Below, piece after piece: positions 33,013-45,720 of a stretch of 64,000 nucleotides of DNA. The position numbers and the translations under genes are program-made. The number at the start of each line of letters is the position of its first letter. Position 1 is the first letter of the stretch. The DNA comes from Podarcis tiliguerta (taxonomy: Eukaryota): the NCBI GenBank assembly GCA_965153285.1, contig OZ229119.1. One strand, given 5' to 3'. The notes beneath the pieces are model-generated. The model searched no databases and was not told where the DNA came from. It saw only the letters and a program-made list of their open reading frames with translations.

Positions 33013-34084
33013 GTTTTATAGTAGTCTTCTAAAGGAGGGTCCTGTCTCTGAATCTCTCCATATTGGTCTTTCTGGGCTCCTGTTGTTAGATATGTATAAA
33101 ATGATATCCTCCAACAGTGGCAAGTTTGAAGCCCACAGCACTGAAAGGCTTATAAGAACAGCAGTTCATATTGCCTTAACATGTGTCTTGCATCAGTGTG
33201 AAATGCCTATGCTGTAAAACCGCCATTCTTGCCTACTGTTGAAAAAGTCTAGTTGCCATTTGAGATTTACCCAGTTTTGTTCTAGTGCAATTATCCACAT
33301 AAAACTAGTTTAGCAGCAGGAAAATGACATCCTACTGCTGCTACAGACAAAGACCCATGAGAAGCAGACTATAAAAAGATGGGTGTTGCCCTGCCCAGAT
33401 TATTCTTCCATCCCATAAATGGCATTGTTATGAGCTGTGATTACCAGATTCCAAATCACAGCCAGACATTGTGCACAAGTTGTCGTCTCTGAAGGGAAAT
33501 AGTTGGTGTGGTAAAAGGTGTGGTAATAAACGTGTACTTCTAAGCACCAAGGTGCCTCTACATGGTAGAAAGCTACTCTCCACAGAACAGGTTCAGCCAG
33601 AGAAGCAACAAGCTTTCTACATACTCGCAACCCTGGACCTCAGCCTTTGCTTCCAGGGTTTCTGAAAACAGGTCACTCTTAACTGACCTTATTCAATTCC
33701 GTAGTCCACTGTGCCTGTTAGGCAAAGCATATTAACACACCACTACAGCATAGCCATGAATAACATTGTTTCTCAAATGCTATAACTAGAACAGGTCTCG
33801 GTATACTCTGTACCACCTCCAAAAGCTTACTTTTGGAATTTTGATTTTTATAGTTGGTTTCATAATATTTCTTGCCTTTCCAATTTTTTAAATGCAGGTG
33901 AAGCTTTTTCTTCTTTTTACAAAAAATGGTAGTGGCTCTAGAGGCTGTTACTGAGCTAGTACTGGGGACCAATAAGATATATTACCTTTGGGGAGCAATT
34001 GGATGGGAGGATGGGACCAGAATGGAAAGACTCAAGACGCAAAATATTGCAAATCTATCCAGTCATGTAGCCACCAGTGCCAAA

Positions 34085-34230
34085 ATGGGTCAGCGTGTCT
34101 GGCTGTTAACCAGAAGGTTGGTAGTTTGAGTCCTCCCTGGGATGGCTGTGGGCAGGATTCCTGCATTGCAGGGGCTGACTAGATGACACTTGAAGTCCCT
34201 TCCAACTCTACAATTCTATGCTTCTATGAT
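34085..34230 (+). mobile_element. SINE with tRNA-like head and CR1-type (TTCTATG)n tail
   Basis: ...gactagatgacacttgaagtcccttccaactctacaattctatgcttctatga; a related tail fragment lies at ~29855-29910. Confidence 0.6.
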
Positions 34231-35511
34231 AAATTAATTCTCAAAATGAAGACTCTGTACTCTAGATTGGTAGTGCTTGCAACCCCAGTTTGGCATGGCC
34301 ATGTCTTCATCTGTCCTACATCAGACATCATATCAGGTATAAAGCAGGTAGGCATGGCTTAGCCCAAATGACCTAATGGGCCAAATGGAGAGGACTGGTG
34401 GACCATAGGTTCCCCACATTGGGTCTATGATGTGGAATGGCTGAAAACGGTGTATGCAAGAAAAAGAAGATAATGTGGAAAAACATGAAAAGTGTTCAGA
34501 ACATGACAAGTGACATGATTTGTAGATTCTGTCTTGGTCTACTGTTTATGTTATAGACTAAAATATTTGATACAAAGAGAAGTGACATTCCTTTTAATGT
34601 GAGCTGCTGTCTTAATGAGGAGTTTTGCTTCTACTTGGCACAGATACCTTAAATTTGATAAGTGTTTGTGTAATGTAGCCTTTCTCAAACTTGTTGGACT
34701 ACGACTCCCATCATCCCTGACCATGGTATCAACAACATCTGGGGACCCAGGTTTGAGAGACTGGTTTAATGCCTAAGAATCCAACGAAAGTGACAATGTA
34801 AAGCAGGCTGCTCAGATAAGAAATTTATTCTGATTTCTTTGCAACTTTTTGTTATGAGACTACTTGCCTTATCACCAAGCTGGATGCATTCCACTAGCCG
34901 CATGTGGCAGCCATTCTAGGGGCTCAATAAACTTGATTTTACTTCCTTCCTGGACCTGCAAAAATTGGAATGGGGGAGTGCTTGGCATGCCACAATAATG
35001 TGGCTGGTGGGCTATTTTCAACTTGAGGAATTACAAATTATACAGGCCTGCATTAGTAAATCTCCAGGGAAACCAATGTTACCAAGATACAGTGTGCACT
35101 ACTTTTAGCGACCTTGGCACTCAAAAGCTTGTACCACTTGATGTGTAGTCGCTAATGGCATAGGCTCCTTATCCTTCAGTTACAAAGTTTAAAGAGTGTT
35201 TTTAAAAGATTTAAAAACCAGGGCAACCTCTACGGAGAATAGTTTCTTCGAACCTGCATTTACCAATCCCAAATCCAGTCACTATATTTCAGCCTGGCTT
35301 TTCCTCTGAAAATGGAGCCCAAAGCCTGCCTTGTGAGATTATTGTATAGAAAGAATGAAGCAAATATTTATGGTATGGATGCTGTACTCATGTTGGTCCT
35401 ACAATAATACAATTTGTAAAAATAAAAAAAACACATACACAACAAAACTTGTAGGAAGGTCTGTGTAAATTGTGCTCTCTGGTGTTGAGAATATATTATG
35501 TACCTTTCAAC

Positions 35512-35690
35512 TTGTTGTTGTTTAGTCGTGACCCCATGGACCAGAGGACGCCAGGCAATTCTGTCTTCCACTGCCTCCCGCAGTTTGGTCAAACTCATGC
35601 TGGTAGCTTCGAGAACACTATCCAACCATCTCGTCCTCTGTCGTCCCCTTTCCTTGTGCCCTCCATCTTTCTCAACATCAGGGTCTTTTC
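35512..35690 (-). mobile_element. 5'-truncated Bov-B (RTE) LINE 3' end
   Basis: Minus-strand peptide DSVLEATSMSLTKLREAVEDRIAWRPLVHGVT typical of RTE ORF C-termini; (CAA)n tail; flanking repeat tttcaact at 35505 and 35687. Confidence 0.85.
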
Positions 35691-36917
35691 AACTAGCCCT
35701 GCTTAAAATGCATTGTTATGTTCACATCTATGCCTTTGTGTCCCATTAGATGCACAGCTGGCCAAGTTCTATGAAAATAAAACTTGCAATGTTTTGTCTA
35801 GGCCAAGAAAGGAGTCATACCTACTAAGCTGGCATTTGCTCATGTGAGGAGACCTGGAATGGCCCATAATAGCCCGTTAGTAATATGCTTTAATCATGTG
35901 TATCACATGCCCGATCATCTTCCTGAGTCTTACATGTAACCATCTTAAAATGGGTGTGATCAACTCAGTAGTTTTCTGTCTCATGGCTTCTCAGACTTTG
36001 CCATCCCAGCTATCCTTGTCAAGGAAGCAATTACCTTACCTAGTCAAGTTCCCAAGTCAGGTGAGCACTTGAGGGAAGGCATAAAGACTGTGAAAAACAG
36101 AGTTGCCCCCATGATTCCCAGCTTGGTAAGTCTACTCAGGGAAACGGACATAAAGGAGGGATGAGGAATCTATGGTGTTGGATGCCTACATCCCATCATC
36201 CCCATTGAGCACGATCAATCATCAGGAGGGATGGAATTTGTAGCCCAATAATATCTGGATGGCCACAGGTGCCCTATTAATGCTATAAATCAAGAAGAGG
36301 GTGGAGGAGAATGGCTTCTTCCTCCCCTGACAAAAGTCCACACCTCTCACCTTAAGATATAGAGAACTAAATTGGAGGATGATTTGAGATGAATAAGTCT
36401 GACTTTGTAGTATATATTGTGTTTTGCACCTTCATGGTGAGTAACTGCTCCTTGTCAAACTGTTTCTTCATTTGAAAGGCAGGAAAGAACTAATTTCCTT
36501 GGGTTGTAAGTGTCAGGTGATGCAAAGGTAAAGAATGCTGGGCAATGAGTAAGTGCTAATTACACCTAATTATAGACTGACTGGTCTTTCTTGGTATTAA
36601 AAACTCACAGCAAATCTAGTATGGTGGAAGGAATGTTTTTCCTCTCTCCTATGAATAGGATTTATTCAGTCATCGGCAGCAATATTAACTAAGTTTTCTG
36701 GATTATTTTTAAAGTGTATTAAATGTGTGTGGTAGTTTCCACTAAAAAGTTCCAAAGCAATTTACAGATTAAAAAATACAATAATAAAATTACTAAATAC
36801 TAAAAACTGATTTAATAATATAATAAAATACCATTAGGGCTGCCCATGTGCCTGGGAAATTAAAAAAAAGTGCAAAACAATTTCATCCAATTTAAAATCA
36901 ATTAAAATGTAATCTTA

Positions 36918-37005
36918 GGCTGCAATCCTATACTCGCCTAGGAATAAGTTCCACTGAAGTCAGTGGAGTTTACTTCTGAGTAGACATGTATAGGATATTG
37001 CACTG
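36918..37005. mobile_element. ~90-bp hairpin MITE with TTA flanks (PIF/Harbinger-like)
   Basis: tta|ggctgcaatcctatac ... gtataggatattgcactg|tta with a central inverted repeat ccactga/tcagtgg; relatives at ~20180-20262, 37900-37980, 38450-38628, 40500-40600, 46750-46820. Confidence 0.55.
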
Positions 37006-39239
37006 TTAGAAAAGCTACATAAATTGCAGTGTGAGTTTGAAACTGGACTGGTCAGTCTAATGTAAGGCTGGTTTACTAGAAGCAAAATAAGGAATACTGT
37101 AGCTGGATTTAATAATAAATTGTGTGTCTTTGCTGAAAATGTTTTCTATTTCAGTTGTATTCCTAATTCTCCCTGACTGGTTCCAAATGGATACGAATGA
37201 TGAAAAGATCATGGAAATATAGATGCAATCATTGACGGATATATCTGAGAATAGACGTGTGTGCTGCATTTCAATGTATTGTGGAGCAAGCCTTACTGAA
37301 TATATAAGGATCTGTTTTTTCATAAACATGCATAGTGGTTCAGGGTGCATGTATTCCTTCAAGTATAGCATAGATGACTGGAATATTATATTTCACCTTT
37401 GTAAAAAGAGCATATGAACCATGGAAAAATTAATGCTTGAGGCATCTCTACATAGTTTGTCAGTGGACAGTTCTGGGTGTGTCGGGAAATTCCTTGTCTT
37501 TATTTAAATATTTGGAACATTGTCTGCCCAATAAACAACAAAATATGCTGGCAAAATAATATGAAATTACAAGTGGGGCCTGCAACAAAATGTTATTACA
37601 ATTTAAATAATTATTTTCCCCTACTTTTGCTTATTTTCGGGTTCTCTCAAGCATGCTGATATTTTTACTTCTTGTATTTTCAGTAGCCCTGTTTTGGCTA
37701 CATAGCCGTCGTAACTCAGCAACTGAGTTTGCTATTAATATACATAATGATTATGATGATCATATAGCCTACATATAGAACATAACCTGTTATGCTAGAT
37801 TGCATATTGGGCTGTACATTTATTACATTCTAATTATATGAGCTTCCAGGATTTAAGATACAGTAGTTCTAATAGAACTGTGCTGTAAATGAGCTTAAGG
37901 TCCATTTACTTTTATGGAACAAATGAGGTCCCACTGAATTCAATAAGACACTTCCAGGTAAATGTATATAGAAATGCTGCTGTAATTTCATTTTACTAGA
38001 TGTAGATTGAGTTGACTATATGAAATCTGAAAAACATATCCTTTTGAGCGCTCCATTTAGTCTTCTGGACAATGAGATTTGAACTTAAAAAGACTTGCAT
38101 TAAGTGTATTTAGGATAGGGACATAATATTTAGTCTCATTTAAGTCAAATTGGTATAATTGTATATTAATTCTGTCCTACTTTTCTGTTGTCTGGATTAG
38201 CAGGTTTTCTAACTTCCTGTTGGACAAACGCATTGTTATTTTAACTGGAGGAGCTGTTATGTTCACTCTGGGCACAATCTACCAAGTTTTCCTACTATGC
38301 ATAGGAAACTACAAACGTCCCACTGAGTGGAATGGAGGTGAGCAGCACATTGAACAACAGGAATAGTAATCCAGATTTAAAACATGTCAAAAATTATTTT
38401 TAATAATATATGGCAAATTATCCTATTGATACAAGTAATATTTCATTTCATATTAATTAATCATCCATGGTATGCCCCCAGCAGGTGCATTAATTTCAGT
38501 GAGGTTTACTTCCAAGCATGTATATTTAAGAATGCAGCCTTACAGCTCAATACTGAACTGTGCTTTTGAGTAAACAAGCCACATTGAAACGTGGACTTTC
38601 GAGTAAGCGCAGTTAGGATTACACTGGTTATATGACTGGCAAAATTGTCCTTATATGCTTGTTTACATCTCTGGAGCTTCTAGTAGAGGTGTAGTAAATA
38701 AATATTAACATACGATAAAAATCAGTAACATGAATGCTGTCGAAGATATTTCTACTGGCTTTAGGACTATGCCAAAGCCCCTGGCTTTTGTTGTAAGTAG
38801 TAAATGCAGCTCTGGCATGCTTAACTCTGAATAGGAGGAATAAGGAGTAGAGAGACACTTTATCTACTATAAGACCTAAATGGTTCATACAGGGCAGTCT
38901 AAACCTGTCCTGCTTTCCTGCTTGTGTGCTATACAGACAGGCAAAAGAAAAACATAGAATAATTTCCATAGTTGCGCTAATAGGGGTTTAGATGCACAGA
39001 ATGTGTCTCTACACTTCCCTATAAATAACCAATAAAATGCTCTATGGAGACGCATACTAAACAGCATATTTGTCCATGGGAGCAGATAAAATACAACACA
39101 TCCTTTATTTTGAACAGCACAGCTTCACATCGTTCCTTAAGTCTTGTTTTTAACCTTCCTTTGGCAACTTCAGGCTTAGGGAACCTACGGGCAAAAACTA
39201 CACTTCCCAGCAACCTTGTTGCCTTTCCAGTTTTACACA

Positions 39240-40080
39240 CAAAACACGCCGACCCCACCCCGCTTTTAGCCTACTGGTTAACGCAGCAGACCAATCTGCA
39301 GAGCCCCCTAACGACTCCAGCCAATGGGAAGGCTGTTGCTAGCATGGTGCTGTTATTTTTAGAACAGCCTGCGCTCCTACACCTTGCAGGTTGTTCTGCC
39401 TATCTCAGTGCTTGCGTCTGAAGTTACGTCGACGAAGGCAAATGCACAGGCGCACTGCTGAAAAAGTAGTCCCTGAATCGTGCGGAGTAGCACCTGCAAT
39501 TGAGAGCGGGGAAACGTGCTCCATGAATAGTTAAAATGCCATCTGACATCCGTGCCTTGTGGGGTTTTGTTTAGGGGCTGTGAGCTGATTTGCATACCCT
39601 CCGGCATTTGAAGGATGAAAATAAACAGGGAAATAGAGGTGCGCTTCTGTGCAGCCTGCAGTTCGCGTGCTTTAACCCAAGGCAGCCAGTGGGGAGATCT
39701 GATGGCGCACGCCAACCCCTTATGCCACAGTGTTACAAATAAACACGTATATTCTACGCTCCGATTCCAACGAAAAAAATAAAATTGGGTTTGTCGATCG
39801 ACGAATAGGACACGCTCGCGCACACGCAGATCTCAATAGTCTGGTTTAACCACGGGGATAACTCCCAATAAAATGGGGGGGGGGGCTGTATTTGGGGAAT
39901 GGATCGCAGAGATCCCTCAGCTCCAGGATCTGTTTTCCGTGCCAGCAAAAGATCTGGGTTGTTGTGAAGCGAGAACGTATCCTGAGACTGCGCAATGTGC
40001 CTCTGAGTGCCCTCTCCATAGATTGAAGGGGAAGGGGCCAAGACTACCTCACGCATTTTAAGCGAGCTCTTTCTTTAAAA
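39240..40080. promoter_or_regulatory. CpG-enriched promoter-like island between PHF5A and TOB2
   Basis: CpG enrichment against an AT-rich background; CACCC/GC box ~39253; CCAAT boxes at 39291 and 39321. Confidence 0.5.
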
Positions 40081-42639
40081 AGTTCATGCGCTCAAAAAGC
40101 AGATAGTTTTAAGCTTCCCACAGAGCTGTGAAGTCGTAGCCCACGGTTTCCAGGCAAGGGCAAACCCTCCCTTCTCTCTTTCCCTTTTAAAGAAACTAAC
40201 AGCTGCCATTTTTTGAAAGATGCTATGGTCGGGGATCCAATTTCCTACTATGACAAGACTATTTTAGCAGGGTATGGCTCCGCGAAAGAGCTACAGGAAC
40301 AACAGCCAGCTAGGTTTTTGTCTCCAATTCCGCACCAACACCACTTTGTCAATGCTAGATATAGATAAGTCATCCGTTGCACACCAAAGGAGTGGACTCT
40401 TGCATCTAATGAAACGGATTCTCTTTCACGAAAGCTCATGCCATAATAAATGTGTTTACCTTTAATGTGCCACAGGGTTCTTCGATGTTTTTGCAGCAAC
40501 CAGCTAACATAGCTACCTGTCTGGAAAACGCTACTTTTGAGTAAGTCCCATGGAACTTAATGGGGCTTGTTTTTGAGTATACATGATGTACAGGATTTCT
40601 CTCTTGGTAAGCCTATTCTGCAGAACACCCTCAAAAGGCAATTATCTTACTGTACTTTAAAGAAGATTCTTGCCATGCAGAGGTTTGAGAGGAACTTCAT
40701 AATTAAGATCCTAGAAAAGATGGCTTGAAGCTGCTCTCCCAGCCTCCTCAGAGTGGTTTCTCCTTAGGATGGCCACAAGGAATTTAAAAGCTTACCCCAC
40801 TTACACCCACTTCATGTTTGGGAACAATGCATGGAAAAGGATGAGTGAAATCTGCAGTGCAGGGTATTTAATTTGATTTACAGAGACAAGTATTATAGAG
40901 TGTCAATTTCACCTGTCAAAATATTGTATGTTTAAAGTGCAGGTGGATTTTTCCTGAGAGATAAATGTAATATAAACAGGTACTAAGAGCCAATTGAATC
41001 AATAAGAACAAAATTTCGACTATAATCCTCCATTCACTGAATCAGCTCACAGAAACACTTTTATGGCATAATTAAGACAGCTGCTACTATCATCATTGTC
41101 CTGGTTGAAAAAAGCCAATCTCTTATGAAAATGAGGGAAGCAACACAATTTTGATTTAGTGGACTAAAATTATGGACATATTTTATAATAAGAATTAACC
41201 TACATTAAGCAGTTCTTAACTAAACTGAATAATGTGTTTGCAAATAGTGGTCCTACTCCGTGGTACAAACGCTGTTGCCCTAATCTACAGATCCATCCTA
41301 AACATATTTAGCTTGTCATTTTATAAAATGTTATTTCTGCAGCATGTTTATTTTTTAAAAAATCTAAGCACAGAACCCAATTTTTGTACAGGGCCTATGC
41401 TTACCACTAGCCATATGAGGCAACAGATGCTAGGAAGCAGCAGAGGCAGCCTCACAGGCGTTCCTCCTGGCTCCAAGATTCACTCTTCACTGTTGGATGC
41501 CAGAGCTCTGCCTGCCACATGGCCTGGCCGCCCTAAATGAACCTGCTTCCTACAGGTGTGGCATAGGCCACTGCCCCCATTGCCAGTGATGAAATAAAAT
41601 CCAGCTACCAGTCCAGTTGCATTGTGTATATCAAATGGAAGTACACCATCTTGTGCTGTACCTCAGGCTGCAAAATGTCTTGGGCTGACCCTGCAGTGAG
41701 CATTTTTCTAATGCTGGAGTACATCACTTATCACCCCTGTCTGTCGACTGTGCCGTCTGAGGCTGGAGTTGGCATCTGACAGCACCAGACTGGAGGGTTA
41801 CAGGACTGGGTGAACCAACATGTTCAGCGGGAAGTGGGAGAGATTGTTCAGTTTCAGTCTAATTCAAATATCCTTCATTGGTATGACGACATACAAACAT
41901 TATCAACATTTAATGGAGTAAAGTAGGAGGTACAGAATAGGTGTATATTTGTTCAAAGCTACGGTTCTTACTGGAGAAGTAAGCACCGCTGAACATCATG
42001 GGTTTTTCTTCCAAATAAACATGCATAGATACCACCAGGCTATACAATATTTCTTGCTTCATTTGTCAGATGCAGGAAGCTGCCTTATATCCAATCAGAC
42101 TATGTGTCCATCTAGCTCAGTATTATCCACACTGCCTGGCAGCTCTCCAGGGCTTTAGTCTGAAATCTTTCTCAGCCTTAACTGAAGATAGCAGAGAAGA
42201 ATCAAATATAATTACCAACCCTTGCCTCTATATTCACATTCACTAATTGGTGGTGAAAGGTGCTAACCACCCACTCACACCATTAGTGAGGCTTAAGGGT
42301 GGGAAAGATGGAATTTCCCCACCTCCAGCACATCTTTCGGGGCGGGGAGCATTTCTGTCTCCATAAATGATTATGTGTATGGAAGAAAGCTTGTTGGTAG
42401 TTATTGGAGATTAATTAACTCAGATTACAAGGGGCAAAGTCTTCAGTATAAAAGCTTGATCTCTCATGCAGCCTAAGCCTATGTAGGTTTACTCGGAAGT
42501 AAGTAAAGGGGTCCAATCTATTTAAAATTTCCTTGGTTTGTTCTCAGGAGCGTTCTTTGAAGGGCTGAATACAAGTTGTTGCCTGTCACAGAATGAAGAG
42601 GGGAAATTCATTAAAACGTACCAAAAAAATAAATAAATA

Positions 42640-45600
42640 TCCGTGGCAAATGACGGACTTTCTTTACGGGACGCGTTTCCAAGCATCTGAAAAAACAATA
42701 TAACGCGCCCGGCGCAGAACGGGTTAATTTAAAACCAGTGTTTGGAAAAGTAGTTCCAGCCTGCCCTCCCTCCCCTCCCCTTCCTTGTCCTTTGCAGGAC
42801 GCGTCACCCTGGGTGTGGAAGGGAATATCCATGCGCAGGGTTGCTAAGGGTGAAACTTTTCATTTACTTTGCTCACTTTGGGCCAGGGAGAGGGTGGCTT
42901 CAGGTTCCCTGCGCAGGGAGGGAAGGAAGGAAGTAGGGGGCGCCCCAGTCAACATCCCCCCACCCCACTTCTGATTGGGCCTGTAGAAGGGGGAGAAGTT
43001 ATCTAAAACAGCATCCATTTAATTTTTTTATATAAAAAAAATCGAACGCCCACCACCATATCAGCACTTTGTGAGAGAGGAACTCCCAAGAAACACCCTG
43101 GAAAGAAAAAGAAGCCACCAAACCATCTCACCTGGTGCTGAAAAAAAGAAGTAAGTGATGGCTTATTGCTAGAATTGAGGGGTGATGAGGGCAAAGGAAG
43201 AGGAACGATTTCCATAGTCACACGATTTAAATATTTTCTTGAACGGTGTTTTTCTTCCGCACGCCTGCTTATCTCGTTGGGGTTTTGCTTGCGCCTCGTA
43301 TATTCCTTTAAGGAACGAATTAATCGCATTGTGCTAATAAGATTTCCAGAAGCCGCCAGTCTTCCAACTCCGCTCCTGGTTCTCTCAAGGAGAGAAGGGC
43401 TGGCTTCTACTCAAATCGTCGTAGGCAGATCTGTTCTGCCCCTTTAAAAGAAAGGAGGAAAAAATGAATCCCTGCCTTAGTCTTAATAGCGCTGTGTCTC
43501 TTACACGGCACTCCCCCCCCCCCCCACAACAAAAGCGATTAATGTTTTTCATTTCATGGTGAAGGGAGGTTGAAAGTCATTTGGGTTGAACGATTGAAAA
43601 ATGTCCCCGGTTCACCATTTTGTTTTTACTCATTTTACCGGAGTGGATTAAAAACAAACAACAACAGCCACCCCAGATCCCTCAGGTAATTCGCGAGGAT
43701 CGAGTCCTCGGACCACCTATCGTGCAAAAAAACCTCCTCTCTGCCTTCCTCCCAGGTTCGTGTGAATTAGGGGAGGAAATTTCGATCCTTTTTAAGAATG
43801 TAAACGGTGGTGGAGGTAACAACAACAACAAGAACAACAACACCAAAGCGGTGGCCGTGGGGGATCTTTGGGACCCAAGCGAGGAAAAAGATGGTTTCTG
43901 TTCCGCTTCGTTCCGCTCAATCCGGATCAATACTCAAAAGCTCGGCTTTTGTCAGGAAAAAAGATGGTTCCAGCCCGTTTTGTGCTCGAACTTTCTTTCC
44001 CCCTCCCTCCTCGGAATAGATAGAGCCCCGGGGGCCTCTTTAGGATTTCTTATGTCACAAACGCAGACCTAAAACAAAGCAAATATAGATATGTTTATAT
44101 TACAGTGTGGGGTAAAAGGGGGGAGAAATCCAGCCTCCCGCAGCCCCAAAGCTTAAGTGGGATGATGAACTTGTTCTCCTTCCCGCAGTGATTTAATAAT
44201 GGGATGGAGGAGGGGAGGCTCAGGGAAACCAAACGGCAGCACTGGACTCGGCTTTGGGAGCAGTTTTCGGTGTGGGAAGGGCCTTTGGCCGTCTTCTTCC
44301 TCTCATTCATCGTGACAGCCACCCTGTGAGGTAAATTAGGCCCAGGGATCTGCCTCGGAGGGCCCTGCAGGTGTGGGCCTGGGGCGGCTTGGAGCCCAAA
44401 CCCACATTTTTGCACTGCCCTCGAATTTAATTTTGGGGTGTCATCTCCGTGGCCCCCCATTATTGAGAAGGGGGATTTCGGGAGGGAAGGCTCTCGGCTA
44501 TGGGGCGGGGGCGCCTGTGACCCAGAAGCTTGGGCGGCCCTGAAAGGAGAGCCCAGAGCCTGGAGGTAAAGGTCAGGGCCAGATCACCTTCACTCGGCCT
44601 GCGCTTCTCCTCGGCCTCCGCCCATCTTGGGGGGGGGGGGGTTCCTTTAGGAAGAGGAGGCTGCAAGCGGTTCTTTGGTGCGTGCATCCCTCGGGAAGGG
44701 GAGGCGGAGGCCGGCTGCTGGTTGGGGAGGGAACAGGGGAAGCGGCCTTTCCTCCTCCTCGCCCCCCAGTGCGGGCCGCATCTCCCGGCTTGGTGCCTTG
44801 GCTGTCAGTTTCAAGGCGCACTTGTACTAGCGGGGATTTACTTTCGAGTATTGCAAGGACGCCTAGCGAAGTCTCTGTTTCGTAGGCCTAGCAGCTCTTC
44901 CTGTGTGTGTGTGTGTTGGTGTGTCTTTTTTTGGGGGGGGTGTTGTCTACTTCTGAGCTACCCAGCAGGAGCAGATGTGAGTTGCAGCCGTAACAATAAG
45001 CCCTGATTGAAATTTCCTCCGCTTAATCCATCTCCCGCCCCGCAAGCCGCCTCTCCGCGCGGGGGAGAAAGAGGCCGAGAAATTAGTTATTCCACATAGA
45101 AATCCAACAATGCAAGATGGCATGTTGAGGCCGGGGGGGGGGGGGATGGAGGGGGGGGGAGAAGCGTTGAGCAATCGAGCACAGAGAGCGCATGCGCCTT
45201 GGAAAATTTTGTGCCGTGCTCCACTGAGCAGGCGCTAGCTGTCTGGGCCAGCTTTGGCGCAAAGCATATTGAGAAGGGTAGTTAAAAGGCAAAGTAGGTC
45301 ACTCGCCCAGGCGCTGCATCTTGTGTAGGAGAAAAGCAGGGCTCGCTACGTAGTACAACTCCCGGGACACTCCAGTCGAGGCAGAGCGGAGGGGAGGGGG
45401 CTAGCCCTAATGGGTGTTGAGGCTTCCTTGGCTGGGTCATTCATCCGTGGACCTTGGCACGGGCGATTATTGAAGTTGTGGGGCAAGGGGGCGGGCGTGG
45501 AGCAGGTCCCCGTGCGGGACGGTAATGCCAGTTTTGCGTGCGCGAGGAGGCCTGGGAGGGAGGTGCCCTGTGCAAATAACGCCCACAGACGCAGGAGGTT

Positions 45601-45720
45601 TTGGCAGGAGAAGAGGGAGTGGGTTGTGCAATCGTGGATCGAGAACGTGTCTTCCTCGGGCTTGCCCCTCCCCAGGCACCGTCGCTTTGTATTGCATCTG
45701 TACTTAATTCAGATTATCCT
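42640..45720 (+). promoter_or_regulatory. Extended CpG island, probable TOB2 promoter and non-coding first exon(s)
   Basis: CpG-rich. Reverse CCAAT (ATTGG ~42974), TATA-like TATATAAA (~43029) and donor-like GAA|GTAAGT (43151); YY1-like CAAGATGGC (45113-45121); NRF1 GCGCATGCGC (45188-45197). TOB2 coding exon has an acceptor at 50074, so an upstream exon is needed. Exact TSS cannot be fixed from sequence. Confidence 0.7.
43819..43842 (+). repeat. Imperfect (AAC)n trinucleotide repeat
   Basis: aacaacaacaacaagaacaacaac. Confidence 0.85.
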
